Assembly (NCBI RefSeq): GCF_963921235.1 | Contig: NC_086097.1 | Span: forward strand, 198,588,001-198,652,000 | Length of the DNA: 64,000 nt | Origin: Mobula hypostoma | Taxonomy: Eukaryota | Direction: 5' to 3' | Part shown: positions 13,182-24,280 of the stretch, in pieces | Numbering within the stretch: position 1 is the stretch's first letter | Layout: every line of letters starts with the position of its first letter | Notes under the pieces: generated by a model | What the model saw: the letters and a program-made list of their open reading frames with translations, nothing else | Told to the model about the DNA's origin: nothing | The model's database searches: none | Position numbers and translations under genes: made by a program

Positions 13182-15356
13182 CTGAATGTAAAAGGATTCC
13201 ATTCCCTCCATATGGATCAGAGGCAGAGCATTATGCAGTGGGATGTCTATTATCAGTCACACTTGAATTGAATTGACTTTATTTCTTACATCCTTCACAT
13301 TTAACAACTATATAACCATATAACAATTACAGAATGGAAATAGACCATCTCGGCGCTTCTAGTCCGTGCCGAATGCTTACTCTCACCTAGTCCCACCGAC
13401 CTGCACTCAGTCCATAACCCTCCGTTCCTTTCCTGTTCATATAGATACCCAATTTTTTTTTAAATGACAAAATCGAGCCTGCCTCTACCACTTCTACTGG
13501 AAGCTTGTTCCACACAGCTACCACTTTCTGAGTAAAGAAGTTTCCCCTCATGTTACCCCTAAACTTTTGCCCCCTAACTCTCAACTCATATCCCCTTGTT
13601 TGATTCTCCCCTACTCTCAATGGAAAAAGCCTATCCACGTCAACTCTATCTATCCCCCTCATAATTTTAAATACCTCTATCAAGTCCCCCCTCAATCTTC
13701 TACGCTCCAAAGAATAAAGACCCAACTTGTTCAACCTTTCTCTGTAACTTAGGTGCTGAAACCCAGGTAACATTCTAGTAAATCTTCTCTGTACTCTCTC
13801 TATTTTGTTGACATCTTTCCTATAATTCAGTGACCAGAACTGTACACAATACTCCAAATTTGGCCTTACCAATGCCTTGTACAGTTTTAACATTACATCC
13901 CAACTCTTACACTCAATGCTCTGATTTATAAAGGCCAGCATACCAAAAGCTTTCTTCACCACCCTATCCACATGAGATTCCACCTTCAGGGAACTATGCA
14001 CCATTATTCCTAGATCCCTCTGTTCTACTGCATACTTCAATGCCCTACCATTTACCATGTATGTCCTATTTTGATTAGTCCTACCAAAATGTAGCACCAC
14101 ACACTTATCAGCATTAAACTCCATCTGCCATCTTTCAGCCCACTCTTCTAACTGGCCTAAATCTCTCTGCAAGCTTTGAAAGCCTACTTCATTATCCACA
14201 ATGCCACCTATCTTAATATCATCAGCATACTTACTCATCAAATTTACCATCCCATCATCCAGATCATTAATGTATATGACAAACAACATTGGACCCAGTA
14301 CAGATCCCTGAGGCACACCACTAGTCACCGGCCTCCAATCTGACAAACAGTTATCCAGCACTACTCTCTGGCATCTCCCATCCAGCCACTGTTGAATCCA
14401 TTTTATGACTTCAATATTAATACCTAACGATTGAACCTTCCTAACTAACCTTCCATGTGGAACCTTGTCAAAGGCCTTACTGAAGTCCATATAGGCAACA
14501 TCCACTGCTTTACCCTCGTCAACTTTCCCAGCAACCTCTTCAAAAAATTCAATAAGGTTTGTCAAACATGATCTTCCACGCACAAATCCATGTTGACTGT
14601 TTCTAATCAGACCCTGTCTATCCAGATAATTATATATACCATCTCTAAGAATACTTTCCATTAATTTACCTACCACTGACGTCAAACTTACAGGCCGATA
14701 ATTGCTAGGTTTACTCTTAGAACCCTTTTTAAACAATGGAACAACATGAGCAATATGCCAATCCTCCGGCACCTTCCCCATTTCTAATGACGTTTGAAAT
14801 ATTTCTGTCAGAGCCCCTGCTATTTCCACACTAACTTCCCTCAAGGTCCTAGGGAATATCCAGTCAGGACCCGGAGAATTGCCCACTTTTATATTCCTTA
14901 AAAGTGCCAATACTTCCTCTTCTTTAATCATCATAGTTTCCATAACTTCCCTACCTGTTTCCCTTACCTTACACAGTTCAATATCCTTCTCCTTAGTGAA
15001 TACCGAAGAAAAGAATTTGTTCAAAATCTCCCCCATCTCTTTTGGTTCCACACATAGCTGTCCACTCTGATTCTCGAAGGGACCAATTTTATCCCTCACT
15101 ATCCTTTTGCTATTAATATATCTGTAGAAACCCTTTGGATTTATTTTCACCTTACTTGCCAAAGCAACCTCGTATCTTCTTTAAGCTTTTCTAATTTCTT
15201 TCTTAAGATCCTTTTTACATTCTTTATATTCCTCGAGCACATCATTTACTCCATGCTGCCTATATTTATTGTAGATATCTCTCTTTTTCCGAACCAAGTT
15301 TCCAATATCCCTTGAAAACCATGGCTCTCTCAAACTTTTAACCTTTCCTTTCATCC

Positions 15357-16324
15357 CACTACTACTACTACTACTACTATGTCGACTCAGGCCTAGGGGG
15401 CCGGCACCGGGCGTGATGACAGACTCTCCACTTCTCCCTCTCCTTCATCAGTGTGTTCAGTTCATCTACATTAGCCGCACCGCTGTCTTCTAGGAGCATG
15501 TTCACCATAGCCTTGGGAGGGTGCCCAGAGTTCATCCTCCCTCGCTTGGGCTCCCATATGATGACTAGGCTGGCAGGTAACTCGGGGTGGCGTAGACAGT
15601 GCCCCGCTAGTTGCAGTCTTCTCGCCTCGATTTTAGTGGAGAGCATCGGTAGGTTGTTTTAGAGCTCGACGTTCGTCATGTGCTGTTGCCAACTCACATC
15701 AATCGCCATCCGGAGCATTCATGTATAGCAACCATCTAGAGACTTTCACATCGTCTTGGTGAGTGCCCACGTCTCGCATCCGTATGTGAGAATGGACTCT
15801 ATGACTGCTATGAAAATCCTCTTTTTAAGCCCTCTGGTCAGGTTCGACTTCCAGATTTCCTTCATGTCATTCATAGCGCTCCACGCCAGCATCTTCCATA
15901 TCTTTATGTCCTTCTCCGAACTCATTATTATTGATCCGAGGTACTTGTAGTCAAAGACTTTCTTAATGGTAGCAATCTCTACGGTCTTGAGAGTACCTTT
16001 GTCGCAGTTAAGCACCATGTACTCTGTCTTTTCAGCAGTTAGATGAAGTCCAACTTTATTGCATTCTATTTCCACTTCTATCAGTAGCTGCTGTGCTTCC
16101 TCCATCTGGTCAGAGAGCAGGACTGTGTCATCCGCAAAATTGAGATCTGTGAGTGTAACTGGTCTGACCCTTTTGGTTCGCCCTGGTTTTATGGTAAAAC
16201 CAAGCTTGTCAGAATCTTTGGTATCTTGACGCAGAGCGTAATCAAGGACAATTATAAAGATGTAGGGTGCCAGAGTGTCTCCTTGCAGCACATCAGCACA
16301 CTGCTGTTTCTTTGTCTGTTCCTG
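15357..16324 (-). mobile_element. RTE-type LINE, 5'-truncated, (TAG)n tail
   Basis: VLQGDTLAPYIFIIVLDY, FADD, LTYGCETW, LAGHCLRHPE. 8-bp TSD TTTCATCC at 15349-15356 and 16325-16332. Confidence 0.85.
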
Positions 16325-16687
16325 TTTCATCCTAACAAGAACATAAAGATTTTGTACCCTCAAAATTTCACCTTTAAATGACCTCCATTTCTCTATTACA
16401 TCCTTCCCACAAAACAATTTGTCCCAATCCACTCCTTCTAAAGCCTTTTGCATCTCCTTAAAGTTAGCCTTTCTCCAATCAAAAATCTTAACCCTAGGTC
16501 CAGACCTATCCTTCTCCATAATTATATAGAAACTGATGGCATTGTGATCACTGGACCCGAAGTGCTTCCCAACACATACCTCCATCACCTGACCTACCTC
16601 ATTCCCTAACAGATCCAACACTGCCCCTTCTCTCGTGGGTACCTCTACGTATTGCTGCAAAAAACTATCCTACACACATTTTACAAA

Positions 16688-17190
16688 GAGTACAAAGAAG
16701 GTTCACCAGATTGATTCCTGGGATGGCAGGTCTTTCATATGAAGAAAGACTGGATGAACTGGGCTTGTACTCGTTGGAATTTAGAAGATTGAGGGGGGAT
16801 CTGATTGAAACGTATAAGATCCTAAAGGGATTGGACAGGCTAGATGCAGGAAGATTGTTCCCGATGTTGGGGAGGTCTAGAACGAGGGGTCACAGTTTGA
16901 GGATAGAGGGGAAGCCTTTTAGGACCGAGGTTAGGAAAAACTTCTTCACACAGAGAGTGGTGAATCTGTGGAATTCTCTGCCACAGCAAACTGTTGAGGC
17001 CAGTTCATTAGCTATGTTTAAAAGGAAGTTAGATATGGCCCTTGTGGCTACAGGGGTCAGGGGGTATGGAGGGAAGGCTGGGTTCTGAGTTGGATGATCA
17101 GCCATGATCATAATAAATGGCGGTGCAGGCTCGAAGGGCCGAATGGCCTACTCCTGCACCTATTTTCTATGTTTCTATGTTTCTATGTTT
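16688..17190 (+). mobile_element. CR1 3' fragment nested antisense in CR1 C
   Basis: ORF 16711-17088 is a CR1 ORF2 C-terminus; (TTTCTATG)n tail. Confidence 0.9.
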
Positions 17191-17638
17191 CAAACGCCAA
17201 ACCATCTAGCCCTTTTACAGAATGGGCTTCCCAGTCTATGTGTAGAAAATTAAGATATCCCACCATGACAACCTTGTGCTTACTACAAATATCTGCTATC
17301 TCCTTACAAATTTGCTCCTCCAATTCTCACTCCCCATTAGGTGGTCTATAATACATCCCTATAAGTGTTACTACACCTTTCCCATTCCTCAATTCCACCT
17401 AAATAGCCTCCCTAGATGAGCCCTCTAATCCATCCTGCCAGAGCACCCCTGTAATATTTTCTCTGACAAGCAATGCAACACCTCTCCCTCTTGTCCCTCT
17501 GATTCTATCACACCTGAAGCAATGAAATCCAGGAATATTTAGTTGCCAATCACACTCCTCCTGCAACCATGCTTCACTAATAGCTATAACATCATACTTC
17601 CAGGTATGAATCCATGCTCTAAGCTCATCATGCTCTAA

Positions 17639-18310
17639 GGGAGGAGAAGATGGCGCGACGCAGCGTGTGCGGCCTCTCCGGTGAATGATATCGGTATTTG
17701 TAAGTAGGATGCCATGCACAAATCTGATTTGATGGAGACAGATGTGAGAAGCATGGAGGAACATCTGGAGAAACTTCTGAAATGCCCGGATCGCTGCCGC
17801 TGCTACTGTGTGATTGAGAATCCCCGGAGGGGAAGGTCCCAAATCCTCAGCTTTGGCTGTTGCTGGCAGCCGGGGCTGGGGTCGAAGCACTTGGCAGAGA
17901 TGGTGCTCTGTGCTCGGTGTCAGAGGGCTGGTCAGAGGCTTGAAGTTTTCAGACGGACTGTGGTCGGGTGATTCCAGGATGCTGTATCAGCAAGTTTGCA
18001 GCGCTGGAAGCTCGTGACAGGGAGAGTTTTCTTCCTTCTACCATCTGTGTGAGATGATGGGACTTTTGAGAGACTTTGAGACTTTTTTTTTACCATGTCC
18101 ATTGTCTGTTCTTTGTCAAATTACGGTATTGCTTGCACTGTTGTAACTATATGTTATAATTATGTGTTTTTTTGTCAGTTTTTCAGTCTTGGTCTGTCTT
18201 GCATTTCTGTGATATCACACTGGAGGAACATTGTTTCATTTCTTAATGCATGCATTACTAAATGACAATAAAAGAGGACTGCGTGTCCTCATAATCTAAT
18301 CTAATCTAAT
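17639..18310 (+). mobile_element. Non-autonomous retroelement family A, full length (~670 bp)
   Basis: CpG-rich head GGAGGAGAAGATGGCG, AATAAA, (AATCT)n tail. Interrupts the CR1 C endonuclease. Confidence 0.85.
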
Positions 18311-20173
18311 CCACCTTTTTTACAATGCTCCTAGCATTAAAGTAAATGCATTTAAGAAATTTTCCACCTCTTACTCTCTGTTTATCACTAACGGTGCAAA
18401 CAACTTTACTATCTCCTTTTTCTTCCTTCTCTCCTACATCTGTTTCTAGACTCTGGTTCCCTTCCCCCCTTGTATCTAGTTTAAATCCACTGAAGCCTCT
18501 TTAGCAAACCTATCTGCAAGAATATTTGTCCCCTTCTAATTCAGATGTAAACCGTCCTGCCGGAACAGGTCCCACCTTCCCTGGAAAACTGCCCAATTAT
18601 CTATAAATCTGAAGCCCTCCCTCCTGCACTGTCTTCAGCCACGTGTTGATCTGTGCTATTTTACTATTTCTAAACCCGCCTGCACGTGGCACTGGTAGCA
18701 ATCCTGAGATTGCTTTCCTGGAGGCCCTGTCCTTTAACTTGGCGCCTAACTCCCTGAACTCACCTTTCAGGACCTCCTCACTCTTCCTCCCCACGTCATT
18801 GGTCCCTACATGGACCACGACATCCGGCTGCTCACCCTCCCTCTTGAGAATACTGAGAACTCGATCCGAGATATCGCGGACCTTGGCACCAAGGAGGCAA
18901 CGGACCATCCGGGATTCTCGATCTCTTCCACAGAAACTCTTATCTGTCCCCCTAACTATCCAATCCCCTATCACTACTGTTCTCCTCTTTTCCCTCCTTC
19001 CCTTCTGAGTTGAGGGTCCAGTCTCGGTGCCAGAGATGCAACCACTGCAACTTGTCCCTGGTAGGTCAACCCCATCAACAGTATCCAAAATGATATACTT
19101 ATTATTGATGGGAACGGCCACAGGGGTGCTCTGCTCATTCTGTCTATTTCCTTTCTCTCTCCTGACAGTCACCCAGCTCCCTGTCTCCTGCCTGTTAGGG
19201 GTGACTATCTCTCTGTAACTCCTGTTTATTTCTGTCTCTGCCTCCCAAATGATCCGAAATTCATCCAGCTCCAGCGCCAGTTCCCTAACTCGGTTTGACA
19301 GCATGCACCTTTTACTGGTGTAGTCATCAGGGACAATTGTGCTCACCCTGACTTCCCACATACTACAAACGGAGCACTCGACTGCCCTAACTGCTGCCTC
19401 CATTACCCACCCCTAAGTTAATTAGAGTAATTAAAGGAACTTACCCAGCCTTACCTCACTGGGAGCAAGCTCGTCCTCAGCCTCTGCTAGCCGAAGCCAC
19501 TCGAGCCAAAGCCTTCCTACTCTGTCTCCCACTACTCCATTGCCCGCGCTCCATTAATCTGCTCGCTTTTTAACTCTTCCGTTGTCTCACGATCTGACTT
19601 TCATGCAATTGCGCAGTCGTGCCCCGTTCAACCGCCGTTCATGAGAAGCAAGAATCTTTACGTTATATCTCCGTCTGAATGTGCAATGTGCAGTTATAGT
19701 AGTTGTAATTAATAGTACGTACAGTAAGATATACAACAGAACAGTCAATATAGCTTAGAAATACAATTGTATCAGTGTGAATTGATCAGTCTGATGGCCT
19801 GGTGGAAGAAGCTGTCCTGAAGCCTGTTGGTCCTGGCTTTTTTGCTGCGGTACCTTTTCCCAGATGGTAGCAGCTGGAACAGTTTGTGGTTTGGGTGACT
19901 CAGGCCCCCAGTGATCCTTCAGGCCATTTTTACACAACTGTCTTTGTAAATGTCCTGAATAGTGGGAATTTCATATCTACAGATGCACTGGGCTGTCCGC
20001 ACCACTCTCTGCAAAGTCCTGAGATTGAGGGAAGTACAGTTCCCATACCAGGCAGTGATACAGCCAGTTCCTTTATTCTTCAGTAATGCTCTGGGTCTAC
20101 TGCATTTTGATGAATCAGGCAGGGCAAAGGAAAACCCCTTGATGATACAGGTCATAATTCGGGTCCAATACCA

Positions 20174-20255
20174 ACACACCAACACACACACACACACAAA
20201 TACACACACACACACACACACACACACACCCACACACACACAGACGCACACACAC
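20174..20255 (+). repeat. (CA)n microsatellite
   Basis: Direct inspection. Confidence 0.95.
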
Positions 20256-20330
20256 CATCTGCCTGGCTGCGTGAGCATACAGAGCAGCAATATACCTAAT
20301 GTTTCCATTGTTAATCACTGAGGAGCTCAC

Positions 20331-20409
20331 TTGAAACAGTTGAGGACCAATCAAGTATTCTGTGCAATCTATCCATAATGAAAGAATAGCTTTTGTTACT
20401 GTCTGCAGG
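20331..20409 (-). CDS. Internal coding exon, 79 nt, phase 2 to 0 (LQTVTKAILSLWIDCTEYLIGPQLFQ)
   Basis: Long polypyrimidine tract ending caactcag|, donor CAA|gtgagc, phases match both neighbours. Confidence 0.68.
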
Positions 20410-20621
20410 CTGAGTTGAGGGGCAGATAGTGAGGAAGAAGGAAAAGAAAAAGAGGAGAAATTGGAGGGGAAAGTGATGCCAGATAGGAGGAATAGGGAGA
20501 ATTAAGTAAACTACTTTGTCCTGCAAACACGAGGAAATCTGCAGATGCTGGAATTTCAAGCAACACACATAAAAGTTGCTGGTGAACACAGCAGGCCAGA
20601 CAGCATCTCTAGGAAGAGGTA

Positions 20622-20659
20622 CAGTTGACGTTTCGGGCCGAGACCCTTCGTCAGGACCA
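20622..20659 (-). ncRNA. Minimal type I hammerhead motif (stem I mismatch next to the core)
   Basis: Minus strand reads tggtc-CTGACGA-agggtctcggccc-GAAA-cGTC-aactg. Confidence 0.55.
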
Positions 20660-20718
20660 ACTGAAAGAAGAGCTAGTAAGAGATTTGAAAAGTGGGAGGG
20701 GGAGACCCTTCGTTCAGT

Positions 20719-20756
20719 TAGTCCTGACGAAGGGTCTCGGCCTGAAACGTCGACTG
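20719..20756 (+). ncRNA. Minimal type I hammerhead ribozyme motif
   Basis: Stem I UAGUC/GACUG, core CUGACGA, stem II AGG/CCU, GAAA, then CGUC (GUC site; palindromic ACGU in place of stem III). Confidence 0.7.
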
Positions 20757-21199
20757 TACCTCTTCCTAGAGATGCTGCCTGGCCTGCTGCGTTCACCAGC
20801 AACTTTGATGTGTGTTACTTTGTCCTGCATAGTGAGCTTTTGAGTGTTGTTGAAATTGCACATCTCAAGAGAAGAAAAAGCTATGTCACATTTCTGACTT
20901 GTACTTTAGCTCACACAGTGGTTAGGGATTAGGAAGTTGGGAGTGAATTTACTCTCCATGGATAACCAGTCTCTGACCCCCTTTTGTAGTGATACTAACA
21001 ATGACAAGGGTTCAGCTGATTTCCTGAGCGAAGGTGGCCAACAGTTTAGAAATGATGTGGTAGGAATACCAACATTAACACCAAAAGAGGCCACTTGTTC
21101 CTTTTGTTCTGTCTAGTTGCCAATAGAGCAAGGTAGCTACCCCTCTTATTCTTTTTCATGTACCCACAGTTCCTCTTTAGTTGTCACTTAACTACATAT

Positions 21200-21340
21200 T
21201 GACATGCCTTCGGACTAGGGGAGGAAACCAAAGCCACTGGGGAAAAGCCACCCAGTGACAGTGAGAATGTGCAAACTCCACACAGAGTCTGGGATCAAGA
21301 TCAAACCTGAGTCCCTGAAACCGTGAGACACCGGGGCTGG
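21200..21340 (-). mobile_element. Degenerate tRNA-derived V-SINE-like element
   Basis: ggaggaaacc...gagaatgtgcaaactccacacaga block, related to 326-415, 25555-26070 and 42690-42910. Confidence 0.55.
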
Positions 21341-21671
21341 TAATGGACTGAATCAAGATCACTCTGACTGCCCACCTGCAACAGCATTAAACTGTAGTGA
21401 CTGTGCTTGGGCAAGTGATCTCACTGCTGTGGTTGTCTTTTACAATGGTAGTCTGTGAGCAGTGGCCCAACCTCAGCAGGAGATCTGAGGCATTATCTCT
21501 GACTGCCTGATAGTTTGCGACTGGCTTTCGCAACTCTTTCTGATCAAAGATATTGAAAATCAGTTGAAATAATTTCAGATAAAATTACACTTATGTACCC
21601 AGATTTAACATCTAAATTAATTAAAGTATCTGTATTAATTTAAAGTTAAATAAACACTTAACTACACTCAC

Positions 21672-21709
21672 TTTTCAAATGAATGGGTTGTGCTAGACAT
21701 GGTGAGAAG
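21672..21709 (-). CDS. Internal coding exon, 38 nt, phase 0 to 2 (LLTMSSTTHSFE-N)
   Basis: Acceptor ccatattttag|, donor AA|gtgagt. Bridges the phase-0 donor at 22386 to the phase-2 acceptor at 20410. Confidence 0.6.
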
Positions 21710-22386
21710 CTAAAATATGGATTATGAGGTGTAGCATGCTGTGCATTAGCTCTGCATGACTGTGTCCTGTCCCCAACTCAGTACCTGCTCCTGCAGCAGG
21801 CACACCACAGCCTGACCTCCAGCTCATTTCATATCTGCAGGACATATTGTGCAACCTGCTCAATCCTTTTATCTGCAGAACCGCAAACGGATGGAAACAC
21901 AATACAAGCCAATGCCATTGAATGTCAAGGGCAAATAGTCATATCCTTGCAACCTTTCAACCCAAGTTTGAATGTAGTGCAGATCGTGCAGTTCGTAGAA
22001 ATGGATTACTTCAATATATAACAAGTCACAATTAAACAATGTGCAAACATCTTCATAATCTGTATAATGGAAGGAACATCATCGATAAGCCAGCTGATTA
22101 TGATTGACCTAGAACACTGCCTGATGAATTCCTGCAGTGAAATATTGGTGCTGAGGTTACTGGATTCCAATAACAAGTCCCATCTTTCCTTGGGGTATGT
22201 ATGATTTCAGGAAAAATTCAACATTTCTTGCTGATTCCCATAGTCTTCCACTCTGCCAGCACACTTTGGTATAACAACCAATCAAATTCTGTCATTCTCA
22301 AAAACAATCAGTCTCACCTTATGTCCATACTTGGATAACCACAATGAAATGTCCAACATAAGCCTAATGACCATGTAAAAACTTAC

Positions 22387-22455
22387 CGTATACGGTTGTA
22401 GGAAAATAAAGACAAATTGATAAGAATTTGTGAATTCCTTTTCACTTTCATAAAG
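22387..22455 (-). CDS. Internal coding exon ending in phase 0 (LYESEKEFTNSYQFVFIFLQPYT); may extend to 22496 via a phase-1 acceptor (adds SQKCFLISILKIQ)
   Basis: Consensus donor ACG|gtaagt. Two possible acceptors: aattcag| at 22456 and catgctag| at 22497. Confidence 0.62.
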
Positions 22456-22600
22456 CTGAATTTTTAGGATGGAGATAAGGAAACATTTTTGTGAATCTAG
22501 CATGATTGATGAAGTACCTTGGGAATACTCAGTGGGAACTGAGAATAGAAAGCTATCCCTATATTGAAATCCCTATTATACGTTCTCATTTTAAACTCAC

Positions 22601-22689
22601 TTCCTCTGCTAAGATAAACTAAATTGAAAATGACATGGCGTAAAACTGCGCTAGGAGTAGATTGAAACTGATCCAAGATCAGTGCAGAC
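22601..22689 (-). CDS. Candidate exon: either 89 nt, phase 2 to 1 (SALILDQFQSTPSAVLRHVIFNLVYLSRG), or an 18-nt micro-exon 22601-22618 (FILAEE)
   Basis: Strong donor GAA|gtgagt at 22600. Each acceptor option is phase-compatible with one of the two acceptors of the next exon. Confidence 0.4.
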
Positions 22690-23284
22690 CTCAGAGGAAG
22701 ATTAATTTTAATATAGAATGATTTAAATGAGCCAGATGATTAATGGCACAACAGCAGTATCAAATGAAAATACATGAAATTTGTCCAAAGTATCATTTTT
22801 ATTGACTTCATTTCACCCTCAGCATAAAAATGTTTGACTGTTTAACAAGAACATTGAGAGCAATGATCCATCTCTTGATCTGGAAATAGCATCTTGGCAA
22901 TTCCATTTAGAACATTGAAGCCAATATTATAGTGTCCCATTGCTTCAGGAGTTCAAACGTTATGAATCCTGTGTTCATCATTTTACAGCTGTTACATGTA
23001 CAAGCCACATTCCGTAACATAGCTCTCGTTTTAAGGTTCTAATCATGTGCAACATTTCTAGTTTATCATTGATCTTGTGAAATGATGCAACTTCCATCTA
23101 CATTTAGTATGAAAGATTAGGTATATTACTTTTGAGTCTGAGATGTACACAAACATTATATACGAACAGAACAGTCCAGTCAATGTATTGACATTACCAT
23201 ATCTCTTTCTGCACAATCCACTTATCAACTTTAACTCTGTTTGACCAGTGCATCGACAACCAGCACTTTTCTTCTTTGGAAGAT

Positions 23285-24280
23285 AACCAAAATTGTCTTA
23301 CCTACAAAAGGCAGAGAATGGCAGTAGATAGTGTGTATTCTGCCTGAGCTCGGTGACCAGTGGTGTCCAGCAGGGATCTGTCCTGAGAGCCCTGTTCTTT
23401 GTGATTGTTATAGATGATTCGGATGAGGAAGTGGAAGAGTGGGTTCGTAAATTTGCAGATTATATGAATCGTGGTGGTGTTGTGGATAATTTTGTAGGTA
23501 ACAATGAGACATTGAGAGGAAGCAAAGCTGGGCTGAGAAGTGGCAGTTGGAGTTCAATCCAGAAAAGGATGGAGTGATTCAATTTGGAAGGCTGAAATTG
23601 AAGGCAGAATACATGGTTGATAGAAGGATTCTGAGCAGTTTCGATAACAGAGGGCTCTTGGGATTCACATCCATAGTTCCCTTAAAGTTGCAGTGCAAGT
23701 TTCTAGTGTGGTTAAGAAGGCACATTAGTGTGTTGCCTTCATTAGTCAGGTGATTGAACTCCAGGGGCTTAAGGTAATGCTGTAACTCTATAAAACTCTG
23801 GTCAGGCCACACTTGAAGTATCATGTTCAGTTCTGATCACTTCGTTATAGGAAAGGTGTGGAAGCTTTACCGAAGGTGCCAAGGAGATATATAAGGAAGC
23901 TACCTAGATTAGAGAGCAGAGCATGTCTTATGAGGATAGGTGGAGTGAGCTAGGAATGAAGGAAGATAAGAGGTGACTTGATAGAGGTGTGTAAGATGGA
24001 CACCAGAGACTTTTCCCCAGGACAAAAATACAAGGGGGCATAACTTTAAAGTGTTTGGAGGAAAGTGTAGGGGTGTGTCTGAGGTAGATTTTTTTTCTCG
24101 GGGAGAGGTGGAACATGGTGCCAGGGGTGATGGTAGATGTAAATACATTAGGGGTATTTAAGAAACTCTTATGCATGAAAGAAAAATGGATAGCTTTGTG
24201 GGAGGGAAGGGTTAAATTGATCTCGGAGTAGGCTGAAGGGCCTGCACTGTGCTGTACTGTTCTGTGCTCTATGTTCTATC
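23285..24280 (+). mobile_element. Degenerate CR1 3' fragment
   Basis: TSGVQQGSVL...KFAD and C-terminal motifs. Confidence 0.85.

Larger units (their letters stand above)
13301..19643 (-). mobile_element. Full-length CR1 LINE 'C' (5'UTR, ORF1, ORF2) carrying three younger insertions
   Basis: ORF1 18597-19403 has an N-terminal CxxC motif and an SGNH-esterase region (VIGD, VVVHVGTND). ORF2 RT plus C-terminus is open for 591 aa (13387-15162, YADD). Endonuclease fragments at 16330-18480. Confidence 0.92.
13262..20066 (-). mobile_element. Rex1/Babar-type LINE 3' fragment (13262-13300 plus 19644-20066) split by CR1 C
   Basis: The tail at 13262-13300 continues at 19644, colinear with the copy at 3150-3500. 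GCITAWYGNC...LQRVVRTAQ motif. Confidence 0.75.
20526..20815. mobile_element. PLE-derived fold-back element with two inverted hammerhead cores
   Basis: ~104-bp inverted arms (20561-20665 and 20713-20816). 14-bp TSD TACTTTGTCCTGCA at 20512-20525 and 20816-20829. Confidence 0.9.

Noticed and set aside
15746..16660. 304-aa ORF as a novel protein
   Set aside because: Chimera of a CR1 linker region and the inserted RTE RT across the TSD at 16325.
19919..20354. VC- and HT-repeat ORFs
   Set aside because: Translation of the (CA)n microsatellite.
21785..21872. GC-rich exon-like segment on the minus strand
   Set aside because: The frame needed to join the 21709 exon contains stops.
12526..22455. RGS22-like, short-chain cytokine (IL-15/IL-21) or TIR-domain identity
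   Set aside because: Each rests on one or two short patches, with no consistent spacing, signal peptide or matching exon pattern. Not formally excluded without a profile search.
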